Shown: positions 29,560 through 42,622 of the stretch, one piece after another
Layout of the letters: each line of letters starts with the position of its first letter
Position numbering within the stretch: position 1 is the stretch's first letter
NCBI GenBank assembly: GCA_951406725.2
Contig: OX597822.1
Coordinates: 16,554,001-16,618,000, forward strand
DNA: 64,000 nucleotides
Source of the DNA: Octopus vulgaris
Taxonomy: Eukaryota
Reading direction: 5' to 3'
Program-made: the position numbers and the translations under genes
Notes under the pieces: generated by a model
Seen by the model: only the letters and a program-made list of their open reading frames with translations
Database searches by the model: none
What the model was told of the DNA's origin: nothing

Positions 29560-32500
29560 AGAGTGAACCTTTCATAAGTTTTAAAAAAAAAAAGGAAGAA
29601 AGAAAAGTGAATGAATAAATAAAAAGAAGAAGGGAAAACTATGCCCGGAGATAAAACTATCAACAAAAAAAATACAGACGAATACAGATCTGCTAGCCTT
29701 AGGAAACTGCGCTACGAACAATGTTTACGTGCAGAGAATCCTAAACTGACAGATCCGTCTCTTAATGTAAGAGTCGAAGCTCGTCATGCTTCAATGTCAA
29801 CAAAACAACCTACAATCCGCGATGGTCGGCGAGCGGACTACAAAAGACCACGTACCCAAAAATTGAACCAAAGTCTGATTGAAAAATCAGCTACTGGATC
29901 AAATCTTCCCGTCACACAGGAGCTGGACGTACTCCGCAACTGGAATATTCCAACAGATGGCCATCCATGCTCGTCACCAAACACTGAAAAGAAAAAGAAG
30001 GAAAAATGGACTAGGGAAGATAATAAAGAAGTTCTTGTGGCCTTCTACCATGCCATATATTTCCCCACAGATAAATCGAACACTATACAAACCTACATAA
30101 ACTGGAGACAGAAACACCTTGAAGTAAGACCCTACATAGACAGTAACAAACTTGCCAACGTCAGAAGAAACATTATAAAAAAGAATTACTGACTGAAGTA
30201 GAGATTGATCAAATTAGACAAGCAGTAACGGATAGAATGAACGAAGCTGCAGCTACAGAAGATAATACAGAGGAAATAATTATAGACCAGCTCAGAGCTA
30301 ATAAAAACGAAGTAAGGATTGAAAGAGTTAGTATAAGTGATAGGCAAAGTGAAATACTCCCTGAACCAAATATAAACACTAAGACAGATGAACATCAAAT
30401 AGATGAAGAAAGTCACACAAATATTGACCCGACAGAACTACATGAGCTAAAAAGTCAAATCATGATTGAATGGCTGAAAATTAAAGAAACCAGTATGGAT
30501 GAACGTGATACACTCCCTAAAATCCGCAACTCTAACCAAAACATGAAAATAATTGGTAAAACCCGGCTTGTACTGAAGGATATAATTTCAGCTAATGATG
30601 TTGATATCACAGATCTCAACCACCTATACTATGCATCCGCGAAAATCACAACGATCCTATGTGGTGAAAAGATTAGAAAACGGCAACATTTCCACAAAAA
30701 GCCTTCTTGGCAAGAGCGTTTGCAACAACAAATTAAACAATTTAGATCTGACATTGAATATTTGAAAAACCTTAAGGTTCATAAGACTACCAAACCTACA
30801 AAAACCCAAAAACTAATGAAAAAATATAATATGAAAACTATACTTGATATTGATGCCACCATAGAAACCATCAAGCAAAAGGTATCTGCTAAAGCTGCCC
30901 GCATAGCGAGGTATGAAAAGCGTGTTAGATTCTTCAGGGACAACAACATGTTCAAAAATAATCCCAAAAATTTTTACAGGAAGATAGGAAAAACAACAGT
31001 TACTGTAAAGTCTGTACCATCAAAAGAAGAAGTGCAGGGATTTTGGAATAAAATTTGGGCAGAAGAAAAAACACACAGCGAAAAGGCCCCCTGGATTGAT
31101 AGAATATCTACAGAACTGGACTCCTTAGAAGAGCAAAAGTGGGAGGGTGTCAAGGTAGAAGATATAAGATCTGCTCTCACGAGGTCAAGCAAATGGAAGT
31201 CTCCAGGAAAGGATAAAATCCCTAACTTTTGGTTGAATGCCTTCCCGGAGAGCCATGAACTGCTAACAGAACTTTACAATGATGTTTTGCAACACCCTAG
31301 TAGGATGCCTCCTTGGCTAGTTAATGGGTTAACATTCCTGCTTCCAAAAAGTGAAGAAACAAATGAACCAAAAAACTATAGACCCATAACCTGCTTAACA
31401 ACTATGTATAAAACACTAACATCTGTCCTGACGGAATATACCTATAGTTTTTTGACAGACAGCAGCATATTCCCTAATGAACAGAAATGATGTAAACGTG
31501 GATCCTACGGTTGTAAAGATCAACTGCACATCAATAAGATGATCTTAGAAGATTGTCACAAACGACACAAAAACTTATCAATAGCCTGGATAGACTATAA
31601 AAAGGCTTTTGATAGCCTACCACATAGCTGGATTAAGAAATGCCTAGAAATGTATAAGATAGCACCTACTCTGCGAAACTTTTTGTCTGTAAGTATGAGA
31701 TCATGGAGAACCACACTAACTTTGAACAGTGACAATGAATCTCTAAATGCTGGTGATGTAAAACTTTCATGTGGCATTTTCCAGGGTGACTCACTATCAC
31801 CACTCCTCTTCTGTTTAGCCTTAATACCTCTCTCAAAACTGCTCAATGACGCGCAGTACGGGTATAAAATGTTTGATAAAAATATAAATCATCTCATTTA
31901 CATGGATGATTTAAAGCTCTTTGCAAAAAATGACCAACAACTCAAGGGCTTACTAGCGATTGTCAAACAATTCAGTGATGACATCAGAATGCAATTTGGC
32001 CTCGATAAGTGTGCAAAAGCTTCCTTTATCAAAGGAAAAATGACAGAAACATCTAACGTTAACCTTGACCAGCAGAATGTCATAAAAGAATTAGACCCAG
32101 CAGAGAACTACAAGTATCTAGGGGTAATTGAAGGAGAAGGAATAAGGCATTCAGAGATGAAGGAAAGGATCAGGAGAGAATGTTATCGCAGAGTAAGAGC
32201 AATATTCAAGACAGAGCTGAATGCGAGAAACAGGATCGAAGCGATCAATGCATTAGCCATACCAGTTGTGACTTACAGTTTCAATATCGTTAACTGGTCA
32301 ATTACTGAAATATATAATCTTGACAGAAAAATTCGAAAACTGTTGACAATGCATAGAATGCACCACCCTAAGGCAGATACAGAACGACTTTATCTGCCAA
32401 GAAAAGAGGGAGGCCGTGGACTTTTACAACTGGCAATAACAATGAAGATTGCTACAATTGGCCTAGACACCTACCTGAAAAACTCTGAGGACTGGATGTT

Positions 32501-33636
32501 AAAACTTGTCTCAAAACATGAAAACAAGAAAGCATCATACTCAGTAACAAAACAGGCAAAGGAATATCTAAGTGAATTCCGAATACAACCAATTTCGGAA
32601 TTAGAGATAGACATACAAGAAACAGGCACAGAAAAAGCTAAGCGCATGAAAATCGTGCTAAATCTGCGGCCTTAGATATTCTGAATGATAAATGGCAAGA
32701 AAAACCTCTCTATGGCAAATACCCAAAGAGAGCAAATAATGCAGATGTTGACAAAGCCCTGACCCATCAATGGCTAATGGCCTCTGGCTTAAAATCTGAA
32801 ACAGAGGGGTTTATCATAGCAGCTCAAGATCAATGCCTACCAACAAGAAACTACCAGGCCAACATATTAAAGATCAGAAGCAGTCCAACGTGTCGTGTAT
32901 GCCAACAACAAAATGAAACCATTGACCATGTGGTCTTCAAGTGCAGTCTTCTAGCGCCTACAGAGTATCTCAACATACACGATATAGCTGCACAATATAT
33001 TCACTGGGTAATCTGCAAAAACCTGGACTTGCCCCATGAAAAAAACTGGTGGGAACACAAACCATCCCCAGTGCTTGAAAATGACCACATCTCACTCCTC
33101 TGGAACTTCACCATTCAAACTGACAGAAAGATAGATGCAAATAGGCCAGACATCATATTGAAAGACTTCAGACAAAAATCATGCCTCCTCATTGATATGA
33201 CTGTCCCAATCGATATAAACGTATCTACCTAAAACTGAGCAAATATAAAGATCTTGAAATAGAAATCAGCAAAATGTGGAACCTGAAGACTAAAACAATA
33301 CCTGTTGTCATAGGTGCCCTGGGAATGATAGCAAAGGGGGCTGATTGCTACCTAACTCAGATACCAGGAAATCCAAAAATGGCAGAAATTCAAAAGATAG
33401 TGCTCATGGGAACTGCTCATATCCTACGCAAAATACTTTCTATGTAATCTCAAGGTTTAAAACAAACAAAATTTTTTTTTTTTTAGACATTCATTAGTAC
33501 AACACCAAAAGCTCCCCCCAAAATATATGGCACACTAGGCATAACAACAACATGAACTTCCAACCTGTTGTCTCTTGAGGTCTCTGGGTGAGACTTGGAG
33601 CCAACTTGTACAAATAAAAGGCAAAACTCAAACATA

Positions 33637-33670
<34 letters not shown>
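29560..33670 (+). mobile_element. Near full-length RLE-type LINE, R4/Dong-like
   Basis: One long ORF broken by a few lesions, 3' UTR, (AAT)n tail; 5' boundary approximate. Confidence 0.92.
29641..33447 (+). pseudogene. LINE polyprotein: N-terminal Myb-like domain, RT, CCHC finger, restriction-like endonuclease
   Basis: KWTREDNKEV; KSPGKDKI; NYRPITCL; WIDYKKAFDSLPH; GIFQGDSLSPLLF; YMDDLKLF; YKYLG; CRVCQQQNETIDHVVFKC; RPDIILKD..DMTVP. Frameshifts near 30190, 32655 and 33228; TGA at 31488. Confidence 0.92.
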
Positions 33671-34240
33671 CTGATGCAGTACCAGACAGTGGCTCTCATG
33701 GCTTCTCATCTTAACTGATTGGAAGTGTTATCATGTACATTGTTTTGCCTTGGTATAAAAGATGGGCTACAGCAAATATTCTGCTCAATACCACAGATTT
33801 GCTTGTCAGTTGTTTGACCTTAACCATTTGAGCATGTCCCTTAGTGGCTGATGATATGTGCATCTCTGATCACGAGCAGAAGTAGTGGGGGAGCATCATA
33901 GCCATGTGTTGAAAGGAATTCTTAGAGTATTGGATAATTCACCTTAGGAAACATGGGTGTTTCGTTCAACACCCTTAAACAACCCTTATTCAGGGACCTC
34001 TTGAGCGGGATGGGTTACTCGACCAGAAGAAAATTCTAACTGGGCCCCACCTGCAAGGTCATGCGTTGTTTATCTTGATATGAGATCACCATGTCGCACA
34101 CATATGGTTGTGATGCATGTGCCTGGTGTACCCTTATCAGACGGGTAGTCATGATGGGTATACTGGGCTTCGTATATTTTACCCCAGTGTCCCTTTGATG
34201 GCATGCACTGCTCTCTCAATAATAACAATAATAATAATAA
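33671..34240 (+). mobile_element. ~550 bp non-coding element flanked by (AAT)n on both sides; candidate non-autonomous retroposon
   Basis: Higher-GC block starting inside the LINE's (AAT)n tail and ending ctctctc(aat)n. Confidence 0.5.
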
Positions 34241-35215
34241 CGTAATATAAATGAAATGTCAATTGTTTTGGTGTCGTGACATTTGGCCTACACTATGCAT
34301 GTGTGTGTGAGTTTATTTGTGAGTGCTTGCTTGCTTGCGTGTGTGTCTGTGTGTGTGTTTGTGTGCGCGCGCGCGCGTGTGTGTGTTTGCGTCTGCGTGT
34401 GGGTATTGCTGCTCATGTAAAAGTTCCATGACCTCTTTGTTAATGGATAAAGATGATTATTTCGTGTAACTTTTAACAGCCTGAATGTAATAACGCCAAA
34501 CAGTCAAAATGCAAAATTATCTCATTTGATCTTTTGTTTTTCTTTCTTTCTTTTTGGCACAAAACTTTAAATTTCTGCAACTGTGATCGGAAAAAAAAAC
34601 GTTTCAATTAAACAGATCAAACATCGAAAAGCAACAGAATATTATAAAATGTTGCAAATATAAAAAAAAACTTTTCTAAAGAACTGCAAATTGAGACTGA
34701 CCATTTTCCAATTAAAGAAGTCGGTGTTTTGAGAGACTGGTTCTTGAACATTACATAACATCTGAATGAACAACTGCAAAATAATTCTAATATTTAAAAA
34801 TGGTTGTCTAGACTAATGCTGGAGTCTCAATGCGCTCAACTGACCGGTTAGAAATTGCAGCCTAATCTACCTCTATCCCACCTTGCTGTTTTAAAAATAA
34901 GATAACAGTGGTCCTTCATATACTAAACGGCGGCTTCGTCACGGTTGGAACCTCTTTGATGATAGGTCTATTCAATCAAGATTAAACGGATGCGTAAAAA
35001 TAACAACACCAGAAACAGAATGTGTTGTTCATATATATGGGATGTGTGAATATATATTGTATACATGATGCGTAGATAGATACATAATGTATACAATACA
35101 TACATATTGTATATATGATGCGTAGATACATACATATCTGGGAACACATTTAGCATGACCGTTTTTTTTTTTACTTTTTCGTGCGTGTGGTTTGTGTGCG
35201 TGTGCGTGTGTGTGT

Positions 35216-35266
<51 letters not shown>

Positions 35267-35479
35267 CGTGTGTGTGTATCAGTGAAGAACCAATCTCAGG
35301 GAGTGGCTATTGACCGAAGTGATGTCATGCCAGTCCAATATTTTCGAATATTTTACGTCGCAAAGCAAACACTTCGTAATCTTATTGATTCCGATGATGT
35401 AAATAGCCACAATGTAAAGCATATATTTCATATATTCTCAAAACAGATCTCAAAATAGGAACAACATGAATCCACTTTA

Positions 35480-35611
35480 CATTATTTACATTTGACGATA
35501 TTTGTCTTCATCTTTTTTGCTAACACAACGTTTCGGCTGACACACCCTCCAGCCTTCATCAGGTGTCTTGGGGAAATTTCTAACCTGAATTCTCATTCCT
35601 AAGGTATTTTC

Positions 35612-35651
<40 letters not shown>

Positions 35652-35722
35652 TCACTGCCTGGAATCGAACTCGGAATCTTGGGGTTAGTAGCCCGCGCTC
35701 TAAACCACAACGTCATATGCCC
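35480..35722 (-). mobile_element. tRNA-headed element with (AAT)n linker and hammerhead-bearing tail
   Basis: rc: gggcatatgacgttgtggtttagagcgcgggctactaaccccaagattccgagttcgattccaggcag...(aat)n...cctgatgaaggctg...cagccgaaacgtt. Confidence 0.7.
35522..35567 (-). ncRNA. Canonical-core minimal hammerhead ribozyme
   Basis: rc: gacac CTGATGA a ggctg gagggtgtgt cagcc GAAA cg TT gtgtt. Confidence 0.75.
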
Positions 35723-35741
35723 GTATGTGGTTAAGATCATT

Positions 35742-35862
35742 GTGGTTAAGAGCGCGGACTACTAACCCTAAAATTCCGAGTTCGATTCCAGGCAGATGAG
35801 GACAAATATCCGTCAAATGTAAATAATGTACATAATTCCTCATCTCTTAAATATAGAGCTGT
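35742..35862 (+). mobile_element. Inverted, internally deleted second copy of the tRNA-headed element
   Basis: gtggttaagagcgcggactactaaccc...gagttcgattccaggcag joined directly to atgaggacaaatatccgtcaaatgtaaataatgta. Confidence 0.7.
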
Positions 35863-36169
35863 ATTATGAATCCAATTTGACCAAAATTGGTTGATTGGAT
35901 AGAAACAGCAGCATCGACAACATCCAAAATCCTAACTCTAGAAATAGTATTACATCTTGTCAGGTAAACTTAATGATCAGAAACTGTGGAGAAGCCCCCC
36001 AGGTGGATTGTAGGTTTATGTCAAAATCGACGTTTATCGCTCTTCTTCTCTACCAGATTTTTGAGGTTTGTTTTGTTTTTAAAATGATCATCGATGCTTC
36101 TGTGACATAAATTTCTAGACAGAGGTGCTGGCCCTGTACAAACCTGGTTTTACCTCTAGAAAAAATGGT

Positions 36170-36295
36170 CAGGATTAGTCTGGCCTCTACCCTTAGATTT
36201 GCTTGCATGGGAGACACCTCCTTGAGCAAGCACTCCACCGGAATATCCCGCAGTGTTGTTGAGGCACATAATCTCCCACAGCACACCAAGGACAA
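36170..36295 (-). mobile_element. Decayed RTE-clade LINE 5' end
   Basis: rc ccttggtgtgctgtgggagattatgtgcctcaac...ccggtgg...tctcccatgc...agggtagaggccagactaa resembles RTE 5' UTRs (recalled, not searched). Confidence 0.45.
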
Positions 36296-36597
36296 AACCT
36301 TAAAGTAGATTTCTGATGCGAGTAAAAGAAAAAACAGTTGTTTGTGTAACATGGGGCAGAACAAATAATACAAGGGACTTCGGTGGAAAATCACCAGTCC
36401 TCGGTTTATTCGCCATTTCTAACTTCACTGACAGACATCCTCCAACGATATATATACAGACATTCATACACGGACACACAATGGATGTGAGTGTGTGCAT
36501 GTGTGTGTGTGTGTGACTGTGTGTGCGCAATTAGTGTGTAAATGTGTGTGTGTGTGACTGTGTGTGCTCATGTAGTGTGTAAATGTGTGTGTGTGTT

Positions 36598-36750
36598 TGG
36601 TTGCGTGGTTATGAAGCTCGCTTTGCAACCATGTGGTGCCGTGTTCATTCCTAGTGCTCGGCACCTTGGTCTACTGTCTTCTATTATAGCATCGGTCCGA
36701 CCAATACTGTGTGAAAGAAAATGGCAGCCGGAAAATGTGTCGGAGACCAA
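36598..36750 (+). mobile_element. SINE family A 5' part, old
   Basis: tggttgcgtggttatgaagctcgc...gcaccttgg...tcttctattatagc. Confidence 0.5.
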
Positions 36751-37117
36751 CGTCTACATGCGCGTGTGTATATGTATGTGTGTGCGTGCGTGTATGTGTG
36801 TTTTCATGTGTGAATACTTAGTTTTATCTACCAAAATGCTTAACAAAAGTACCAATGTGGAATTGGATCAGAAATTACTAGTAGCATAGCAAAATATTTA
36901 TCGCAGCAAAGAGAAGCTTCTTAAACAGTTTTATGTCTTCTCAGCGTATTCTTCAGAAATTTGAAACGCTAAATATTTTAAATATTCTGCAGAACTCGAT
37001 GAAATATTTATCTACAATATCAATCTGTAATGGTATTTATCAGGTACACTCATGATTGGTTTGTAGGCATAGAAATATATAATGTAAGTTGGAATATAGA
37101 ATAGTATAGATGCATAA

Positions 37118-37178
<61 letters not shown>

Positions 37179-37574
37179 TGTATGTCTGTGTGTGAAGTAT
37201 ATAGACATTAACACAAATATTTACATAAGTAAACAATTAGTCTAGACACTCCGTATAGTTACAAAAGTGAGAAAGTGAATTTGAATATTATCTGCGTATT
37301 TACACTTTGCTGGTCAGATATAATACACTGAGCGGAGGCGTATGATTTAGTTTCGCTGCATGAGTCAGAAGTTATATTTATATAATCCACTTATTGGCAA
37401 AAAAAAATCATAGCCTATGCCCACTGTGCATCCCTAGCAAAACACGCAATCATGTTTCGTCCATGTTTTCCTGTCGTCTGCTAACCTCAGATTTTTCACT
37501 TTTACTTCATGTCCTTTCCTCAATCTTACTCGAACATCTTTTTGTCGTTTTTGGTCGCATCATTTTGTCACCTC

Positions 37575-37993
37575 TTTACTCTTACTCTTTTACTCTTTTA
37601 CTTGTTTCAGTCATTTGACTGTGGTCATGCTGGAGCACCGCCTTTAGTCGAGCAAATCGACCCCAGGACTTATTCTTTGTAAGCCTAGTACTTATTCTAT
37701 CGGTCTCTTTTGCCGAAACGCTAAGTGACGGGGACGTAAACACACCAGCATCGGTTGTCAAGCAAGGGGGACAAACACAGACACACAAACACATACGCAC
37801 ACATATATATATATATATATACATATATACGACAGGCTTCTTTCAGTTTCCGTCTACCAAATCCACTCACAAGGAATTGGCCGGCCCGGGGCTATAGCAG
37901 AAGACACTTGCCCAAGATGCCACGCAGTGGGACTGAACCCGGAATCATGTGGCTGGTTAGCAAGCTACTTACCACACGGCCACTCCTGCGCCT
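37575..37993 (-). mobile_element. SINE family A, full length
   Basis: Complete tail, body and head ...agcaagctactt|accacacggccactcctgcgcct (empty target site). Confidence 0.9.
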
Positions 37994-38841
37994 ATAACAA
38001 TTGATAGTAAACTTTCGTGATTTGTAGTGTTCCCCACAATTTTTTTTCTCAACTCTCTATTTAGTTGAAGTTTCGGTATATAACCGTCTGTGTATATTGT
38101 ATATACAGTGTTTTCTTGCGTAGAGAGATTTGTTTCCGGGCTGCATATTGTTCAAAAGCCATAGTGGAAACGAATTGTCTTTTCAAAGCTTTTTCAGAAT
38201 CTGTTATTTGAAGTATTTAAAAACTCCACACATATCTTCCGATTAGCGTATAGCAATAGCAGATAAGTGTGTAGCAATGTTGAAAGTATTGGCTGGCAAC
38301 CACACTGTTCTAGATTCGATTCCGGTGGACGCTACATTTCACATGTATCATCTGAGCGTCGAGTTGCGTTCAGAAGAAAATTTGATTAATGAGAAATGCG
38401 AGCAAGTCAATCAGTCACTTATATACATATATATATATAAAATACAAAATGGGATAAGAACGCAAAATATCCAAATAGACGATACAAAAAACACGGACGG
38501 GTCATTCGAAACCTTTAATCTTCAGTCAAGAACCGACCGGATCATCCTCGCAATTTCGGCTGATTTATCTTGAGATTGCTCCAATCTGGCCAGCCCCAAG
38601 GAAAAACTAAGCTAAGAGCATTAGATTCCTTGGAAAAAGGATCGAATGTATACGAAACAAGGACAGAAAAACGGACGATGTTACACGAATATAAATACAA
38701 AAAAAAAAAAAAAAAATACGAATATAAATACAAAAAAAAACAACAATAATAATAATAATAATAATAATAGTAATAATAATAACAGAACATAACAACAGGC
38801 GTCTTTCGACGAGAAACGAATTGAATTCAGCTGGCGTAATA

Positions 38842-38882
<41 letters not shown>

Positions 38883-39590
38883 GTGTATGTGTGTGTGTGT
38901 GCGAGTGTGCATGTGTATCCTTAGTCATTGAATCAGTGAATTGTGTGAGCAGTTGGCGAGCAGCCATTAAGGATGTCATTGTTCATTAAATATGACATGA
39001 AGTGACAATTGAAATAAACAGCCACAACATGGGAGCAGAACTTGTACAGGGAACAAAGAAATCCTCCTCATCCACAGCGCACTTTCCTTGTTTAAGACTC
39101 AATTCACTTGTCATTCCTCCTTTAATCTCCCATTATGCATCCAAGCTCCAAGGGTCATCGTTAAACTCTGCACTCAAATATTTTCCTCTTTGCAAATTTT
39201 GTTCCTGCAGGCATCAGCTGGCCACGGTTAAAGGTATTCATCTCAATAGTTTGGAAGGCTCTGCGAAGCCCATGCACGCACTCCCTTCTCCTATACCATA
39301 TTAATAAAATTACGTGTGTATTTGTGTGTGTGTGGGTGTATTTGTGTGTGTGTGTGTGTGTTATACAATGCATCATCACAATATATCCCATTTTACTCCT
39401 TGTGTCTGTTACAACGCGTGCATGCAACAAGTATATCGCAAAGAAATTGAGAAAATACTTTGACAGTTTGTCGTGCATATTTACCAAAGTACTCAACGCA
39501 TTTCCTTGTAAGGTCGAATTACATGAAGTTTTTAAAGTATGTAACCTAAAGGAAATGAAACGTCGGAAGGAATAATCCAGCGTTTACATA

Positions 39591-39741
39591 TGGCTTATTT
39601 GGTTGAGAAGCTCGCATCGTAACCATGTTGTCCTGGCTTCAGTCCCAGTAAGCGGTGCCTTGGGCAAGTGTCTCCTGCCATAGACTCGGCCCGACTAATG
39701 CTTTGAAAGGGAGTTTGGTAGACGGGAACTGAAAGAAGCCC

Positions 39742-39776
<35 letters not shown>

Positions 39777-40008
39777 TATGTGTGTGTGTGAGTGTCTGTG
39801 TGTTTGTTGCCCCAACGCTGGACAACCTGTATTGGTTTGTCAACGTCCCATCAATTGGTGGTTCGGCAAATGCAGCCGATGGAATATGTATCAAGATTCA
39901 AATATAAGTACTGCGGTAGATGTGATCGACTATACCCTTGAAAGGGTGCTCCATCATGGCCGCAGTCCAGTGCCACAACCTTTGGGCTGAAACGGATACA
40001 AGAATGAA
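39591..40008 (+). mobile_element. SINE family A (diverged)
   Basis: Head, gccttgggcaagtgtc, (TG)n, tail. Confidence 0.7.
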
Positions 40009-40019
40009 AAACGAAAATA

Positions 40020-40216
40020 TATTCTTTTATTCTTTTATTTGTTTCAGTCATTTGACGGTGGCCACACTGAAGCACCACCTTTAGTCGAACTTTGTAAGCC
40101 TAGTACTTATTCTATCGGTCTCTTTTGCCGAAGCGCTAGGTTACGGGGACGTAAACACACCATTATCAGTTGTCAAGCGATGTTGGAGGGACAAACACAA
40201 ATACACAAACATATAC

Positions 40217-40257
<41 letters not shown>

Positions 40258-40396
40258 ACGGGCTTCTTTCAGTTTCCGTCTACCAAATCCACTCACAAGA
40301 CTTTGGTCGGTCCGAGGCTTTAGTAGAAGACACTTGCCCGAGGTGCCACGCAGTGGGACTGAACCCGGAACCATGTGGTTGGTAAGCAAGCTACTT
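40020..40396 (-). mobile_element. SINE family A body, separated from its head (46965-46989) by the insertion array
   Basis: Matches 29007-29486 up to ggtaagcaagctactt, then switches to unrelated sequence. Confidence 0.92.
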
Positions 40397-42607
40397 TATT
40401 TCATAAATTTGTCATATAGACAGTACAAAGAGCTTTGCGGGCTGGACAAACAATTAATGAATGAAAATAAATTATAATGAATAAATGAGAGACGAAACCC
40501 AACACCCGCCGATTGGATTTTTCTCGAAAACATATTTTCTTTTTTTTTTTTAATCAATATAAAGTTTCGAACCTTTTACAAGGAGGAGGCACTAAAACCT
40601 CTTACTTAACATATTTTCTTTTTTCTTTCTTAAAACACAAAATTGAGGATATAAACCACTACAAAATAGTCCAATAAGGTGAGGTTTCAAACTCTGTAAC
40701 GAGGGTCTTTTACCTCCTACTCTTCGATATATCCATCGATATATTCATCATTATCTTCAATGCCGCTTGAGTTCCTGTATCCCACCATTTCCCATGCCTC
40801 ACTCATGTAGGACATGTAAGTCGTTTAAGGGCCACCCGGCCATATGCGACACTCCTCTCCAAATCCTTTAAGCCTTTCCCACAAGGGAAACCTTATGACC
40901 TCCACAGCTATCTGCGGAGGCCATTCGAGATCCCGTGTGAAGGGCATATCTACTGTTTCTTTAAGTTCTTCTACTATTTTTCCACCTCCCCGCCCTTGTA
41001 GAAAAAGATAATTAATTGATAATCTTTAAGGGTGGTGTGGTTTCTTCCACCGTGGGTGGAACAACTTCGGGACATGCAGTCGGCACATCATCTTCCTGCT
41101 GAGATGACCCGTTCTTCTTTCTTTTTTTCTTTTCTTCCTGGCTTTGGGAGAGTGGAGCCCTTCCGCTTTGTCCGGAGACTCTCCCTCGCCTCCCGAAGCC
41201 GTAGGTTCCTTCGGCGGGCAACTATTGTGTCCCGCCTTCTTCCTTTTTAATCCTTTTTGAGTTGAGGAGGCTTCAGCCTCCTCGACCACATCCACCTCTC
41301 CCTTTGACCGGGTAGGGGAGGTGGCATCTGGTGACTGTTCCAGGACCTTACCATGGTCCTGGGGGCAGTTCCTTTTAATGTGGTCTGGCTGCAGGCACGA
41401 GTGACACTTTGGGGGACGTCCCTCAAGTATCACCGGATACCTGCAGCCAGCCATTTTCAAGAAGTCTGGAAAAACCAGTTCTGTTGCGGCCGATGGGGTC
41501 CACCGGGTCAAAATCGCTTTTGACCCTTCCCAATCGACCGCCGGCAATACTATTACATTTAGAGCCTGGGCCCGCCATCTCCCAGTCCCCATCGGATGGT
41601 ATCTTCAATCCAATCCGCTTCGGTGCCCGGGGGGAGCCCACATATCCAGGCTCGTATTAATTTTCTTCCACAATATGACGGGAAAAACAGGATTTCCTTG
41701 CATGTTTGACACCACGGGATATATATATATTACAGAGGAGAAATGTTCTTTAAGTTCATTTTTTATGACTTGTTTTGGGAAGACGGTGATAGAATTAAGA
41801 ACTTTACAATATGTTCTAAGTACCATCGTCTTCTCTTCCATATCTTTTAACCATTGCTTAGGCGGGTTAATTTCCCACTCTAAGACAGAGTTATTCTTTT
41901 TAAGTTCCTTCTCTGCCATGTCAAAAAACAGTTCAAAAGTAGTTCAAAAGACAGTCTGCCAAAAAATTAAACCGAATAAAAATAAAACAATATAAAGGGG
42001 AGGGGAGGAAACTTAAATTAAAGTAATGAAAAGAATGAACCAAAAATTTTTAGAAAGAAAGAAATAATAGAGGAAGGGAAAAGTAAAAGAAAAATCTCAC
42101 AAATAGCAGACAGGGAATCCTTTGTATAATACTCCAAAAAGGTAATCCAAAAAGGTAATCCAAATGGCTTATTCTTATTTTTTTGGCGAGATACGCCCAC
42201 TAGAATTCACAAGAAGAATTTTCAAAAAATTTCTCAATTCACCGTTACGGCCAAAATTTAACACAACTGTAAGACAGTTAAAAAATCATTCTAAATTTCT
42301 TCTAGGTACTCCTTAACAGGAACAACACTATTTTCAAACAAATGGTAGGATACGCCTACCAAACCAATAATTTTCACAATTAAGTAAATAATATTTTCAT
42401 TCAGCCCCCGGCAGACTAAAGCCTAGTGAGGACTTGGTGCTTGTAAAAATAATTTGCAACATACAACAGGTCCCCACTAGACCCCCCAAAATTCTTACCT
42501 TACGGCTGAGTATTCAAAAGTCTTCAAATTAAGACGGCTTTCAAAAACACGTCTTACATCTTCGGTGTCAAGTACAACACTGACGTGCACATGCGCAGAA
42601 GCAACCT
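40397..42607 (-). mobile_element. ORF1-only retroelement copy E1 (decayed)
   Basis: Flanked by 15 bp TSD gtaagcaagctactt (40382-40396, 42608-42622); conserved 3' tail ending AAATA/AAG. Confidence 0.85.
40757..41919 (-). pseudogene. Disrupted ORF1-like zinc-knuckle protein (E1)
   Basis: LEWEINPPKQW..VLRTY; FPDFLKMAGCRYPVILEGRPPKCHSCLQPDHIKRNCP; C-terminal WPPQIAVE; deletions and frameshifts. Confidence 0.85.
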
Positions 42608-42622
42608 GTAAGCAAGCTACTT

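Noticed and set aside
35648-35795. Genuine tRNA genes
   Set aside because: A/B boxes are present, but there is no proper acceptor stem and they are embedded in a repeat with a tail; treated as SINE heads
38430-38830. Repeat-like block with ctgaaga and cagccgaaa on the minus strand
   Set aside because: Could not assemble a consistent hammerhead fold or assign a family
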